From: Negaprion brevirostris
Lineage: Eukaryota
NCBI GenBank assembly: GCA_030324005.1
Contig: JARDVH010000193.1
Span: 70,412,453-70,476,452, forward strand
Direction: 5' to 3'
Length of the DNA: 64,000 nt
The notes beneath the pieces are model-generated. The model was not told where the DNA came from. It made no database searches and worked only from the letters and a program-made list of their open reading frames with translations. A program made the translations under genes and the position numbers. Every line of letters begins with the position of its first letter. The stretch's first letter is position 1. This document shows positions 24,342 to 36,899 of this stretch, one piece after another.

Positions 24342-24999
24342 TTAGAGCATTACTGAGCCAAATTCTCAAAAAATCCAGATAACAATTTCAAATTTCAGAG
24401 TCTGGTAATGTCTAGTAGACCACAAGTGTCAGAGGTGGAGCTGGAATGGTGCAGGAATGATCAATATTTATCCCGCCCAATGTATTGGTAATTTATGAGT
24501 TGATAAATAGCCTTTGTATATGCAGGGGAATTATTATGGAATCACTGTTAAGTGATGTCTACACTTTCATTTTGCACTAAGATTTGAAGGAGTATTTATT
24601 CAGTGTGAATCAACAAGATAACACAGCAATAACTGAGTTTCAGGGATTCTCAAGGGGAAAAACTCCTAACTCACGTGCTCATAGTGCAAGAGGGACATTG
24701 GTAAGTGAGATTTGTAGAGAATTGCATATCATTAGTATGGTACTTTCTGGAGTCTATAAGGTATAAATTGGTGCATATTGTTATTTGAGCACAGGGATTG
24801 CAAAGTATCTGTCAATTCCTTTGGAGGTAAGCTATATGTAAATCTGTAATTGCATCCTCATTTACCTGGTTGTAGCCGAGGGCTAAGTGGTTGTTGTAGC
24901 CTGCCTCCTTTTCTTAAAGGTGGTCTGTCCCTTTTAAAGAGAAGCTGCACTGAATTACTGGAGTTGCTGAACACAATTGCTGCAGCTCTAAAAAAAGGA

Positions 25000-26130
25000 A
25001 ACTGGAGCTCCAGGGCAGAGAGGGGAGTCCAGGGTCAATAATGTGGTGCTGGAGGCCTTGGTGATGGAGGTAGACAGAAGGTGAGATGCCCTGGTTCACC
25101 AGGGTGCCAGGAGGCTGTCATGGACTACTCTTGGAATGGAGTGGAAGATAGGGAGATCGGTTCCTGGATTCTGAAATGAGCATCGGACAGCATGCTGCAA
25201 GAAGTCAACTGACCTCACAGGGCTGATCAAAGTCAGTGAATGCATCTTCACATGACATTATTTATACACAGCATTACCAACCTCAATGTACCAAACCCCC
25301 ACCACTCATCCAGCAGAATTCTCTGAAATTCAGATTGTTCCTACAATCCAGATACTCTATCTCACCACCATATGTGTACCAATGATGCTGCACTCACATC
25401 CATCTCTCGTTGCCTCCACATACTGCCAGCTACTCAGCTATGGTAGTAACAAAACAAATCCAGTGTCATAATTGACCTTTTAACTTTTCTCTTGAAGGAC
25501 AAGGTGACATACAATAATAGCTGGTGTTTTATTGTGTGATAAGGTTCTCAAGTCTATAATCTTTTTAAATAGAGCACTTTATTCATGGCAAGTATTTATA
25601 CATTTGGATTTCCACACAAGGTGGAGAACCTCTGNNNNNNNNNNNNNNNNNNNNNNNNNNNNNNNNNNNNNNNNNNNNNTTAAGTAAGCATCATGTATGC
25701 TTCTGAAGTTAACCCTTTAATCTAGAGGAGGTAGCAGTGCTGCATTGCTGAGGGACAAGAACCTCTATATCTTCTGTGCCCGAGAGAAATGATCTCTCAG
25801 CATTGTAAGATGAGTTGCAACAATCTGTGGCATTCGGCATTGCTGAGGGCAGTGAGGATAATGGCATGTCCCTGCTTTGTAACCCTTCTTAACTTGCAGC
25901 TCACCTTGATCCTGCCTTCCGGGATAGTGAAAAGCTGTGGATGGTGTGACCACAGTCCTCTCACTTGATATTTCAGCCGCTTTTCCTCACCCCAACCTTC
26001 CATGCTCTCATTTTCTCTTTTCAGATACCCAGGAACTGCCACCTCCTCAGCCACAGGAACCCAAGGAACCTGAGAAAGAGCAAGAGCACTGCACTAATGA
26101 AGGTGTCCTGACACTTGCAGTCATCAGCTC
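25000..26130 (+). mobile_element. Second Harbinger Myb/SANT (trihelix, NAIF1-like) gene remnant with three exon-like pieces
   Basis: SRVNNVVLEALVMEVDRR*DAL...W...CCKKSTDLTGLIK|gtcagt; ttgaag|DKVTYN at about 25498; tttcag followed by TQELPPPQPQEPKEPEKEQE at about 26025. Confidence 0.65.
25533..25725 (-). mobile_element. Possible solo-LTR-like insertion inside the Myb remnant
   Basis: Interrupts the exon-2-like sequence and carries a minus-strand aataaa. Partly in a gap. Confidence 0.3.
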
Positions 26131-26144
26131 AGATACTTTTATGT

Positions 26145-26255
26145 TTGGCTTTCATTATTGCCCGCCCCTGATGTCCCTTGAACTGAATGGTTTGCTAGGC
26201 CATCTCAGGAGGCAGTTAAGAGTTAACCCCATTGCTGTGGGTCTGGAGTCACATA
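26145..26255 (-). mobile_element. Fragment of a second tRNA-SINE family
   Basis: cccttgaactgaatggtttgctaggccatc...gagttaaccccattgctgtgggtctggagtcacat, the same family as 33980 and 63043. Confidence 0.7.
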
Positions 26256-26759
26256 TTATTGCTTGCAGGCTATGTAGCTATTGCTCTGATACTCAGACCA
26301 GTCCTTTTCCATGACCAAACATTTGGCTATCTGTCCGAACATGATCTTATTCAGTATTAAATTCTTATCTTTATAATGCTCTTGTTCACATCTGGGAATG
26401 GTTGATTATGTTAAAGGCACTATATAAATACAAATTGTGGCTGTGGTTTGTGGTCCAATCTCTGTGCTGTAAGAACCCAGTGTACACCTACAAGTAACAG
26501 ATCATCCATCGTTATCACATCACTGTTTATAGGTGTAGTATAAGAGTGTTTGGCATAGCAAGGGCTGGTATGGGACTGAAGAGTAGTATCACCCTCATTA
26601 TGATGTAGTCAGAAGATGGTGGACTGTGCATAGGAAGGCTCTGAGAGAAGTCGCCATGAAGGTAATACCTAGATAGCACAAAACTTGAGATGTGTACATG
26701 TTTATGTGTTTGCAATACATTGTTCATGTTCAATCTCGTGCATCCAGAGCTCTTAATGA

Positions 26760-26895
26760 GACACCAAACAATCTTACCACAGTAGGATCTTGCACATGTG
26801 AATTGACTGCCTTGTATCCTACATTCCAAACATAATTATATTTCAAAGCGCTCTGGGACATTCTGAAGTTGTGGCAGGTGCTGCATAAATGCTGC
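26760..26895 (+). mobile_element. Deu-type SINE 3' fragment
   Basis: ggatcttgcacatgtgaattgactgcc...aaagcgctctgggacattctgaagttgtggcaggtgctgcataaatgc, matching 40215-40420. Confidence 0.6.
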
Positions 26896-27764
26896 ACTGC
26901 TTTCGGGTTTTTTAAAAATGTGATCATATATGCAGAATGGCTTGGAATTTCCTATGCAGTCTGAGTTCAAATCAAACACGCTGCATAAAATATTGTGTAC
27001 CTTTGGGGCTTAATTAAGTTGCATGCGCAAGTATAATCTGCCCAAATCTCGTTGATCCTTTATGATCATCTATTGATCTCTCAGGCTGAACGCTTTTCTA
27101 CAACAAGAATTGCCCTGCCTTGAATCTCAGATATGTGTTCCTGCAGTTACAATTTCTCAGGAGCTCGCTTCAGGTTACAGCCAGGTTTTCAGGCACAACA
27201 GGAAACAAAGTCATTTTTCTGATGCTTTAACATATTGTGGCTGTCGACAGCAAGCTCGCCCCCCCCCTCCACCGCCGCTGCATCCCCCCCCCAACCGGGC
27301 CACTGCGCGGTAATTGCATTGCTACAAACAGATTGCTGACCCCATTGAGTCTCAATGGCTGATGGTACTGCACTTGCATATCCTAACACCAAATTGCAAC
27401 ATGAAACTCGTCACCTTGATCCAGTTTACCAAGTCAATTGAAACAAGACAGACATGTCAGCGTTACATCTGTCACATAGACAGAGAAGTCAAGTGGGCAG
27501 AAAACAATTTCAAGTGGTATGTACACAGGCATAAATAACACACCCAGAAAATAGAAGGATTCTTTTGACATTAAGCAGAGAGAATGCTTGACTTGCACTA
27601 ACTGTATTGTGGATCTGTTTTGTCTGATTGTTAACTTTGGGGAGGATGGGATTCAGATTCCATCCCTGGGTGTCTTATTTTGGAGCCCTTGTGACCAAAG
27701 AGAAATGCACTTTTCTCCAAGCAAATCATTAGTTTGTCATTAAACAAATTATACCTCATCTTCC

Positions 27765-28990
27765 CTTGAACCAACCCCCCTTTCCTTCCTTCTTCTCTCT
27801 TTCCCTCACATCCTGCTTTTACCTCCCTCTCAAATCCATTCCTCTACCCCTCCTTTATTTTGCTCTCCACCACTCTCCTTCCTCCCCGTTTGCTTTCTCT
27901 CCCATCCCCTCCTCCCCTTTCCCACCCTCTCCTCTCCCAACCCTCCTCCTATCTCTCTCTTCCCCTCTTCCACTCCTTCTTCCCCTCTCTCATCCCTCCT
28001 CTCCTCTCCTACCCCCTCCTCCTATNNNNNNNNNNNNNNNNNNNNNNNNNNNNNNNNNNNNNNNNNNNNNNNNNNNNNNNNNNNNNNNNNNNNNNNNNNN
28101 NNNNNNNNNNNNNNNNNNNNNNNNNNNNNNNNNNNNNNNNNNNNNNNNNNNNNNNNNNNNNNNNNNNNNNNNNNNNNNNNNNNNNNNNNNNNNNNNNNNN
28201 NNNNNNNNNNNNNNNNNNNNNNNNNNNNNNNNNNNNNNNNNNNNNNNNNNNNNNNNNNNNNNNNNNNNNNNNNNNNNNNNNNNNNNNNNNNNNNNNNNNN
28301 NNNNNNNNNNNNNNNNNNNNNNNNNNNNNNNNNNNNNNNNNNNNNNNNNNNNNNNNNNNNNNNNNNNNNNNNNNNNNNNNNNNNNNNNNNNNNNNNNNNN
28401 NNNNNNNNNNNNNNNNNNNNNNNNNNNNNNNNNNNNNNNNNNNNNNNNNNNNNNNNNNNNNNNNNNNNNNNNNNNNNNNNNNNNNNNNNNNNNNNNNNNN
28501 NNNNNNNNNNNNNNNNNNNNNNNNNNNNNNNNNNNNNNNNNNNNNNNNNNNNNNNNNNNNNNNNNNNNNNNNNNNNNNNNNNNNNNNNNNNNNNNNNNNN
28601 NNNNNNNNNNNNNNNNNNNNNNNNNNNNNNNNNNNNNNNNNNNNNNNNNNNNNNCTATGCCCTATCCCCTCTTCCCTGCTCCATGCCCTTTCCCTTCTCT
28701 CCCATTCCATTTACCCTCGCCCCTTTCCCCACCCCTTTCAATCATCTTCCTTCCTCTCTCTCCTCCCCTCCTTTCTTCTCTTAATCATCCCTCTCACTCC
28801 CATTTCTCCCTCCTTCCGTCTCCTCTCCCCCTCAATTTCCTCCCTCCTCTTTCTCCTCTCCTCTCTCTCTCTGCTTTCTCCTCAGCCTCACTTTCTTCTT
28901 TGGTTTCCTCTTGTTCTTTTGCTCCTCCTCCTTCAAGGTCCTCTCCCACTTGCACTCCTTTCCCCTTCCCTGCTGCCTCTTCCTCGCTAC
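27765..28990. repeat. Polypyrimidine (C/T-rich) low-complexity tract spanning a gap
   Basis: Almost purine-free plus strand. It generates spurious Pro/Ser/Leu ORFs. Confidence 0.95.
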
Positions 28991-29910
28991 CTGTGTGAAA
29001 GGGTAAGGTTGTGTGAGGTATAAGTGAGGATTTTGATTTCTCTTCCCTCAGATGATGCCTGACCTGTTGAATGTTTCTAGCATTTTCTACTTTTAATATC
29101 TCCAATATCTGTAGTATATTAGACTGAGAACACCTTTCAGATCCTAGGTTGACCAGATTGTACAGTCACCTGGATGTTCTCTGGTACTAACAATGATTTC
29201 ACTGGTTGCATAGAGACTCTTCGACCAATTAATTTTGTCCAATGATTTTCTGGATTCTGTGTCAGGGGAACATTCATCGTAGGTTTTTAACCTCAGCTGG
29301 GATATTTCCCAATTGAATATATCAGGGAAATACATAAAGGATGGAAAGAAAAGAAGAGCCACTGGTCCATCAACCCTGTCCCTTCCTGATAAAAATACTC
29401 CCTGTACACAAAGAGTATTGACATCTCTTCAGATAAGTGGCGTCTAAAAGTCTTATACTCGATGATTACAGGATCACCTTTATTTTATAACACACGGCAG
29501 TATTAACTGCAGTCTAGCCGAACAACACATTTGGCCATGAATTGCCAGCTTGTTGGTAACTTGTGTGTAATGACTTATATTACTCAGGTTGTTGGAAACA
29601 GGAGTATAGTTTGTCACATTAACCACAGTCTTATTTCTGCCTAACCAGGTAGAAGGTCAAACAATTGCTACCATGCCTAAGACATCAAACTTCACTGATT
29701 CTGAAGCAACAAGTCTTTGTTTTAATGGCACCACCCCTGCCTCAGTCTCAGATGGCATAAGATTTGACTTGACCTCAGGCAGCGCCGGCATGAAGAGACT
29801 GGAGATCTGGCTACGAAATGGTTGAGTTCCAGTGATAACTTGATGTAGGTNNNNNNNNNNACAGGCTGTATGAGCTCATATAATATTCCTACAATATAGG
29901 ACAAGATTCT

Positions 29911-30040
29911 GGCCTCAAAGATCCAGGTCGCAATAAAAGTCCAGGTCTCAATGAAGATACAGGCCTTGATGAAGATACAAGCCTTGATAAAGATACGGGC
30001 CTCAATATAAACAAGCCTCAGTAAAGATATAGGCCTCAGA
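29911..30040. repeat. Degenerate 18-bp tandem repeat, about 7 copies
   Basis: Unit (a)ggcctygatraagatac, for example ggccttgatgaagataca and agccttgataaagatacg. Confidence 0.8.
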
Positions 30041-30199
30041 TATGACATCTGCAGCCCTGTTTCCTGACTGCTTTGCAAAATTTGCCTGTAACCATTCTTT
30101 CAATTTCCCTCTTATCTGAACGATTTACAAAAAAAATGTTTTGCTCAGCACTCCGTGTTGTAATTAAATGTTATTTTTCCCAGGAAAGATCTAACACGA

Positions 30200-30595
30200 T
30201 GGTATCAGGAATAGTGGGTTCAGTTAGTCCAGAGAGGTTAGGGTAGATCTCCTTAGCGCACAGAACGTTGCAAGGAAATTTGATGGAAATGTTCAAAATC
30301 ATGAATAGTCTTGATAGAGTAAGTCAGGAAAAGGTGTTTGGCAAGTGGGTCAGTCACCACAGTATACAGATTTAAGATAATTGATGAAAGAGGGGAGATG
30401 GGGAAAATAATTTTTAAATGCATTGAGTTATTATGGCAGAAGAAAGTTCAATAGTAATCTTTAAAATGGAATTAGATGTATACTTGATGAGGAAAAATAT
30501 GCAGAGGAAAAGGACTAATTGGACAGGGCTCTCATGGAGCTAGCAAAGACATGATGGGCTGAATAGCCTTCTTCAGTTCTATAAGATTCTATTAT
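30200..30595 (+). mobile_element. CR1 3' fragment
   Basis: Decayed QGNLMEMFKIMNSLDRV (RGDLIEVFKIM..FDRV-like) and a 3' end gggctgaatagccttcttc...gattctat. Confidence 0.75.
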
Positions 30596-30699
30596 TTTCT
30601 CCTGCCGCTCCAAATTCAGCTCGGATTTTTCTCATTTATTTGTATGATTAACCTCCCATGGTGGATTAGTTGTACTTGCTGTACCAAGAACTTTCTCAT

Positions 30700-31312
30700 T
30701 GTCAATTCCCCAGTGAGTAACACCCTGAACATGGAGCCATTTTCCTCAGGGCCCAAGTCTAACTGGCTGGGCCTGGACGGTATATCTAAGTTCTCAAACA
30801 TTCCTCCCTGGACCAGTACCCATCAACGGCAAGAGAAAAAACACTTATCCTAAACAGCATTCTGAATTGAGAAATTTTCCAGAAATTCTTGGAAAGGCAG
30901 CTCATTTTACCCACCCTTCAACCCATACGTGTGACCTTCTCCACCCTTATAACACATCTTTCTCTCCTCACAGATCTAATTCAGAGCTCATCCGATCCAT
31001 GACTCCCTTCTCCCACTGTCCCCTAACGTGCCTTCAGCTACCTGGGCCGTAAGATCTGAAATTCACTTCCAAAACTTTCTGCTTCTCTTTCCTCCCTAAA
31101 GTCACTTTTTTACATCAGCCATAATCTTACAAAATAGTGGAGCAGGCTCAAAGGATTGACTAGCCTACTCATGTTCCTATTTCTTATTGTCTTATGGTTT
31201 TAACCCCTCCTCAAGATTTTTGTCATCTGACCAAATATGGCTCAGAGTCAAGTTTTGTTTGATTATATTATTAAAATGCCTTCATGCTAAAGGCACTATA
31301 TAAATGCAAGTT
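30700..31312 (+). mobile_element. L2 LINE 3' fragment carrying a small CR1 tail at about 31120-31198
   Basis: gccttcagctacctgggccgtaagatctg (AFSYLGPxxWN-like) and the L2-type terminus aaaggcactatataaatgcaagtt. Confidence 0.6.
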
Positions 31313-31515
31313 AGTTTAGTAAAGTTTATTTATTAGTCACAAGTAAGGCTGACATTAACACTGCAATAAAGTTACTGTGAAATTCCCCTAGCTGCCACAC
31401 TCTGGTGCCTGTTTGGGTACACTGAGGGAGAATTTAGTATGGCCAATGCACCTAACCAACAAGTCTTTCAGACTGTGGAAGGAAACTGGAGCACCTAGAG
31501 GAAACCCACGCAGAT
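31313..31515 (-). mobile_element. HE1-type SINE with the alternative (type B) tail
   Basis: Reverse complement of V-domain plus ctccctcagtgtacccaaacagg...gcagtgttaatgtcagcctt...aataaataaactt. Confidence 0.85.
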
Positions 31516-31904
31516 AGCTTGCTTGGGTCTTTTCCCTAAACTGCTCATTCTTTTTTTTTTACAATCATGTGACTTGTGATTCTAACAATTCTGTATCTTG
31601 ATCAGCAAGACTTGAAGCTGCTCATCTCCAATGGAAACCAATGTAGTGGCAATCCAGTTATAACTGAGAAAGTTCATTTTGAACTAAACATAAAAGGAGA
31701 CGCTTGTTTGGTTATAATAATGAAATCATACATTGCGGCCCTGTGGCTTCATTAACAGAAATTAATAGAGAAATTCATGTGGGTCTCATTGTGTCTCTCC
31801 TGCCCTTGTTAGTTAACTTCATTACTTCACTTGAGTGAATTCTCTTGAGCAGAAACTTGTGTCAGCCATTTTGCCAACACTGTTGTCCTACTAACAATAT
31901 TGAG

Positions 31905-32150
31905 ATGAATGATCAATAATCTGGGTTCATTTATTTTTTTGACAGTGTTGATTGAGAGAAGAATATTGGCCAGGACACAGAGAGAACTCCCTGCTCTTTA
32001 TCACATATTGTCACAGGAGCCTTAAATCCACTTAAACCAACAGAACAAGCAGATAGGATCTTTAATATCCTCCTACTGAACTTCACTGCATGGCTAGTTT
32101 AGAACATAAACTAATAGGGACTGAAGTGGGACTTAAAACATTTTGACACA
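31905..32150 (-). mobile_element. Deu-type SINE fragment
   Basis: gttgattgagagaagaatattggccaggacac...aactccctgctc, the reverse complement of the domain seen at 40215 and 52000. Confidence 0.6.
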
Positions 32151-33979
32151 ATGCAAAACACAGCCTCTAACCTGCTTGGTAAAGTCTAGAGTCTAAATTA
32201 AAAACACTTACCACCTTGACACCTTCAATTTAAAGCCATCCTTCATATTTTATGGATATTCAAATGCATCAATTATATAAATCCAAATGTGGCTGCATCT
32301 TTCAATGTGAGGGGAGGACGATTATAGTATTTTTATTTAGAAAAGGAGATATTTTCAAAAGTAGTAATTCTACTTTTGCTAGAATTTATGCAGAGAAATT
32401 ATGTTACGTGTTTATTTTACTGATGGAATTGCAGAAAGTGACGGCACAGGAGGCCATTTTGGCCCACAATTCTGTGTCAGCCCTTTGACTGAGCTAACCA
32501 AACAATTCCACTCCCTTGCTCCTTCCTCGTAACCTCACACATTTTTTCCTCTTGTGGCATTTTTCCAATTTACTTTTGGAAGCTCCAATTGAAGCTGCTT
32601 CCGTTGCTCTTTTCAGCAGACAATAAAAAAAGCAAGTAGAAAAGCAAGTTACTGGTTAATGGGTTAACCTGTTCTGTGGCATTTAATAAATTGTATCCCA
32701 TGTCTTCTCTGGAAAATGTGAGGAGAATTGGATCCTTCTTTTGGGCAACACGGAAAAAATAGAAAGTCATTGTTTTCATGGGTCAGTGGGATTCGAACAA
32801 AGAACGAAGGTGAATTCTCACAAGCTGCAGTGAGATGAATTATCAATGTACTGTATCAATCTGCCATGCGCTTGGTTTGTCATGCAGTTTAAGTTTCACG
32901 AATGGAACTGATAAATTCCTTAAAACTTTGTGATTGGTCACTTCCCCAGTTTCCCTGGCCTCAAACTGTGTGCAACTCGCTGGTAATTTCCTTTTGTACT
33001 TAACCACAGCCTGAAAACAACCTTTCTTGTCCCATTCCACTCGAAGCAATACTTCTCTGGGTCGGTCACAGGATCAGTCACTCGTTCAAACAGGAAATGA
33101 ACAACTGAACCATAGATAACCCATTCCCCTAATAAAGGATATAAATTCAAGTTACAGGGCCTGCAGAATTTGAGTTTCTGAGTTTGGCAGATGATTTATT
33201 TGCAGAATGAGCCTCAGGTCGGATGGTACAAATGATATTGATGCTGCCGAATATGACAGTTTAGTCTTCATATAGCTAAATAAACCATTAAGTGACAAAC
33301 AAGCTCAAGACCTGAAGTGACCCATTTCGCAACACCCCATCCCATCTTTGTTCATCTTGGAAATGCTGACCATAATTCTATCTCCTTCACAANNNNNNNN
33401 NNNNNNNNNNNNNNNNNNNNNNNNNNNNNNNNNNNNNNNNNNNNNNNNNNNNNNNNNNNNNNNNNNNNNNNNNNNNNNNNNNNNNNNNNNNNNNNNNNNN
33501 NNNNNNNNNNNNNNNNNNNNNNNNNNNNNNNNNNNNNNNNNNNNNNNNNACTTAAAAGAATAGATGATTTTAAGAGACGAAGAAAGGCCAGTGGCTCCCA
33601 AAGTGGCTTATCCTGACAAGTTTTGCTTTTAAATTCAGAAAATATGCAATGCTCCGAACTATTTTCTTTGAGCCCAGACACCTAAAAATATTTGGTAGTC
33701 ATGTAATCATTCCTTGGTGTTTCATGATTTTTCATGGATTTCAAAGGGTGGCAAGGACCAAGGTTGTAGGCGTACCTTACTCAGGCGAGACAGTTACCAG
33801 CAGCCTTCGTTCCTTCATCAGCCATCGCCAGCTTTGTTCATTGCTATTTTAGTGCAGTTGGACCCTATTATGTGTCCATGCAGTTGCTGCTGTAATGCAG
33901 AGAGAGATTTGATGGAGGCACAGCAAGTATTTTGTGTAGATTTTTACACAGTTAGTTAATGGTGCAGGGTGATGCTAAC

Positions 33980-34290
33980 TACATTTGTTGCTCCCCCTTA
34001 ATTGCCCATATACTGACTGGCTTGTTAGGCCATTTCAGAGGGCATTGAAAAGTCAATCACAAGCTGTGAAACTGAAGTCACATGTAGGTCAGACCAGGTA
34101 TGGATGGCAGATTTCCTTTCCTAAAGGAGATTAGTGAACCAGATAGGATTTGCGACAGTTGACAATGCTTTCTTGTTTATCATTGGACTATTAATTCCAG
34201 ATTTTTATTGAATTCAAATTTTGAACTTGAGCATTGCTCTGTGTCACTGGATCACCAGTCCCATAATGCTGCCACTGTGCCACTGCCTCC
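33980..34290 (-). mobile_element. Second tRNA-SINE family copy
   Basis: Reverse complement of the family at 63043-63337 (ggcagatttcctttcctaaaggagattagtgaaccagat; attccagatttttattgaattcaaatt). Confidence 0.8.
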
Positions 34291-34577
34291 CCAGATTACA
34301 CAGAATTTATTGCATAGAAACAGGCAATCGGCCCAATTTACAGAAGTCAAATCTGAAGCAGCTAGTCTGTTGGGATTAATGTGGAAGCTTTGAACACAAA
34401 AGGAGGGTGGGCACTGACTGATGGGTCTTGTGAAATCTTCTACCAAGGTTGTACATTAAACTGTGCTTATCATTTTACAATCATAAACAATGGTGAAGTT
34501 AATTGCTTGTTAAGTTACCAAGAATATCATATAATTTAGAGTACAGAATAAGCCACTTTGTCAAATTGGCCTGTATC

Positions 34578-34880
34578 ATGCTGGCACAATGGTTAGCATT
34601 GCTGCCTCATGGCATCTGAGACTTGTGTTCAATTCTTGGCTTGATCACTACCTGTGTGGAGTCTACACATTCTCCCCAGGTCTGCATGGGTTTCCTCCAG
34701 CTGCACCAGCTTCCTCTCACAGTCTGAAGAACTTGCTGGTAGGGTACATTGGCTATACTTAAATTCTCCCACAGTGTACCCAAACAAGTGCCAGAATGTG
34801 ACAACTAGGGGATTTTCACAGTAACTCCATTTCAGTGTTAATGTAAGCCTATTTGTGACACTAATAAATAAACTTAAACA
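34578..34880 (+). mobile_element. HE1-type SINE, type B tail
   Basis: Head ggcacaatggttagcattgctgcctca, V-domain and tail gtgttaatgtaagcctatttgtgacactaataaataaactt. Confidence 0.9.
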
Positions 34881-35149
34881 TGTGACTCCTTCTTTTCTAG
34901 TTGACCTCACTACATCTGAGTTACTCAAAACAAGTGGCGATGGTGGAAGAATCAATCCAGACTGTCCTTGGATTCATGTCAATTTATTGTAAAGCACTTC
35001 CACAATGCTACTAACCTATAAGTAGCTTTCCACCCAAGTGCTCCAGCTGTCTCTATTTATAGGACAATCAATGTCACATGTTTAACTAGCAATTTCCTTA
35101 ACAAGTTAATTGCCACACACTGTGATTAATAGTACATTGACATATATAT

Positions 35150-35950
35150 CCTCTTTCCCTTTCTCCCTCACACACTTGTATAGTTTCCTGTTAAAGGAAT
35201 CCATGCGATCTTGACTATTCCAGATGGCTGCAAGTTGAACGCTCTAACCACTCTCTCGGTCAAGAATATTTTTCCTGAATTCTTAATTACATTTATCAGT
35301 GATTAAAAAAACATAAGAATTAAGAGTTATAGTACACCTATTGTCCTTCAGCTCTGCTGCTCAATTATATCAGAGAGTTGATCTTTTATCTCAACTCCAG
35401 CCACTTCCTGTACTATCGCCACATTGCCAATTCCCTATCAACCACTGTCTTGAGTATGCTCAATGCTCATTGAGATGGAGAATTCCAAACATTCACTACT
35501 TTTTGAGTGAAGGAATTTCTCCTGATCTCTATCCTAGATGGCTGAGCTCTGTGACTCCACGTTCTAGATTCTCCAGCTAGGGGAGACATTTCCTAAGCAT
35601 ATACTCTGTCAAGCCCCTTGAGAATTTTACGTCTCTGTTAGATCACCTCTGTTATTTGAAACTCCAGGGAATGTGGACCTATTCTATTTAATCATCCCTG
35701 ATAGGACAATCATCTCATCCTAGAAATCAGTCTAGTGAACCTTCATTTCACTCCCTCTCAGGCAGGTATGCCCCTACTTCAGTGAAGAGACCAAAACAGT
35801 GCACAGTGTTCCAGGTCTGGATTCACCAATGCCTGATAAAATTTTAGTGAGATTATCCTTTGTCTTAAACTCCAGTCCCTTTGTAATAAAGTTAACACAC
35901 TTGCCTTTCTAATTGCTAGCTGTATTTGCATACTCATTTGCTGTGATACA
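35150..35950 (-). mobile_element. CR1 3' fragments
   Basis: acataagaattaagag tail; gaccaaaacagtgcacagtgttccaggtctgg (rc RPDLEHCALFW, a decayed RPHLEYCVQFW). Confidence 0.75.
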
Positions 35951-36134
35951 TGTTGAAAGGCCTGGCGTCAGTCTCCCCCACCATGGTGAAGATCACAGTG
36001 GTGATTAGAGGAGACTTCTAAGTGGTCCCTAAAGGTTCTCAATTGGTCAAGAGTGAGTGAGCTGCCCAGTGCCTCACCTGCTGCTGCTAAAATTGCAGCG
36101 CATTTGGCTGGTGACAGGTAGGCACCAGGAATGG

Positions 36135-36448
36135 GTTGGCATGGTGGCACAGTGATTAGCACTGCTGCCTCACAGCGCCAGGGACATAGGTTCAGTTCCC
36201 GGCTTGGGGCACTGTCTGTGTGGAGTCTGCATGTTCTCCCTATGTCTGCATAGGTTTCCTCTGGGTGCTCTGCTTTCCTCCCATAGTCTGAAAGATGTGC
36301 TGGTTAGGTGCAATGGCCATGCTAAATTCTCCCTCTGTATACCCAAACATGCACCGGAGTACAGCAATTAGGGGATTTTTACTGTAACTTCATTGTAGTG
36401 CGAATGTAATCTTAGTTGTGACACTAATAAATAAACTTAAAACTTTAA
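36135..36448 (+). mobile_element. Full-length HE1-type SINE, type B tail
   Basis: ggcatggtggcacagtgattagcactgctgcctcacagcgccaggg, then the V-domain, then ttgtgacactaataaataaacttaaaacttt. Confidence 0.9.
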
Positions 36449-36529
36449 AAATTTGCATGGAGCCTAATTTTATGGCCATCCCAACACCTGCCACCATGCT
36501 CTGAGGAGGTCTAAGATCCCGGCTTTTAT

Positions 36530-36725
36530 TCATAATACATTCTACTTTTCTATTTTTCCTATCAATTTTGCTAACTTCACAATTTGCCACATTGTATTCC
36601 GTCTGCCATGTATTTGTCCACTCACCCAATCTGTCTGTATCCCTCTACAGTCTCTTTGTGTCTCCCTCACCACTCACTTTTCAGCTTAACTTCATATCAT
36701 CAGAAAACTTAGATATAATACAGTC
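36530..36725 (-). mobile_element. CR1 RT fragment
   Basis: Minus-strand ISKFSDDMKL...LGEWTNTWQTEYNVANCEV. Confidence 0.8.
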
Positions 36726-36899
36726 CCTTTATCTACTGTCATTTTGTAGACTTAGAGGCTTCAGCTCAAAGCGGTTGCTCCCAGGCAGGGGCAAACTTGA
36801 AGGCCTTCCTCCTGTATGTGAGTGTGACTAAGAGAATGAGAAGAGGTTATGGAGAACAGGACAGACTGATGAAAGAGGGAGGAGGAGCAAAATACGAAA

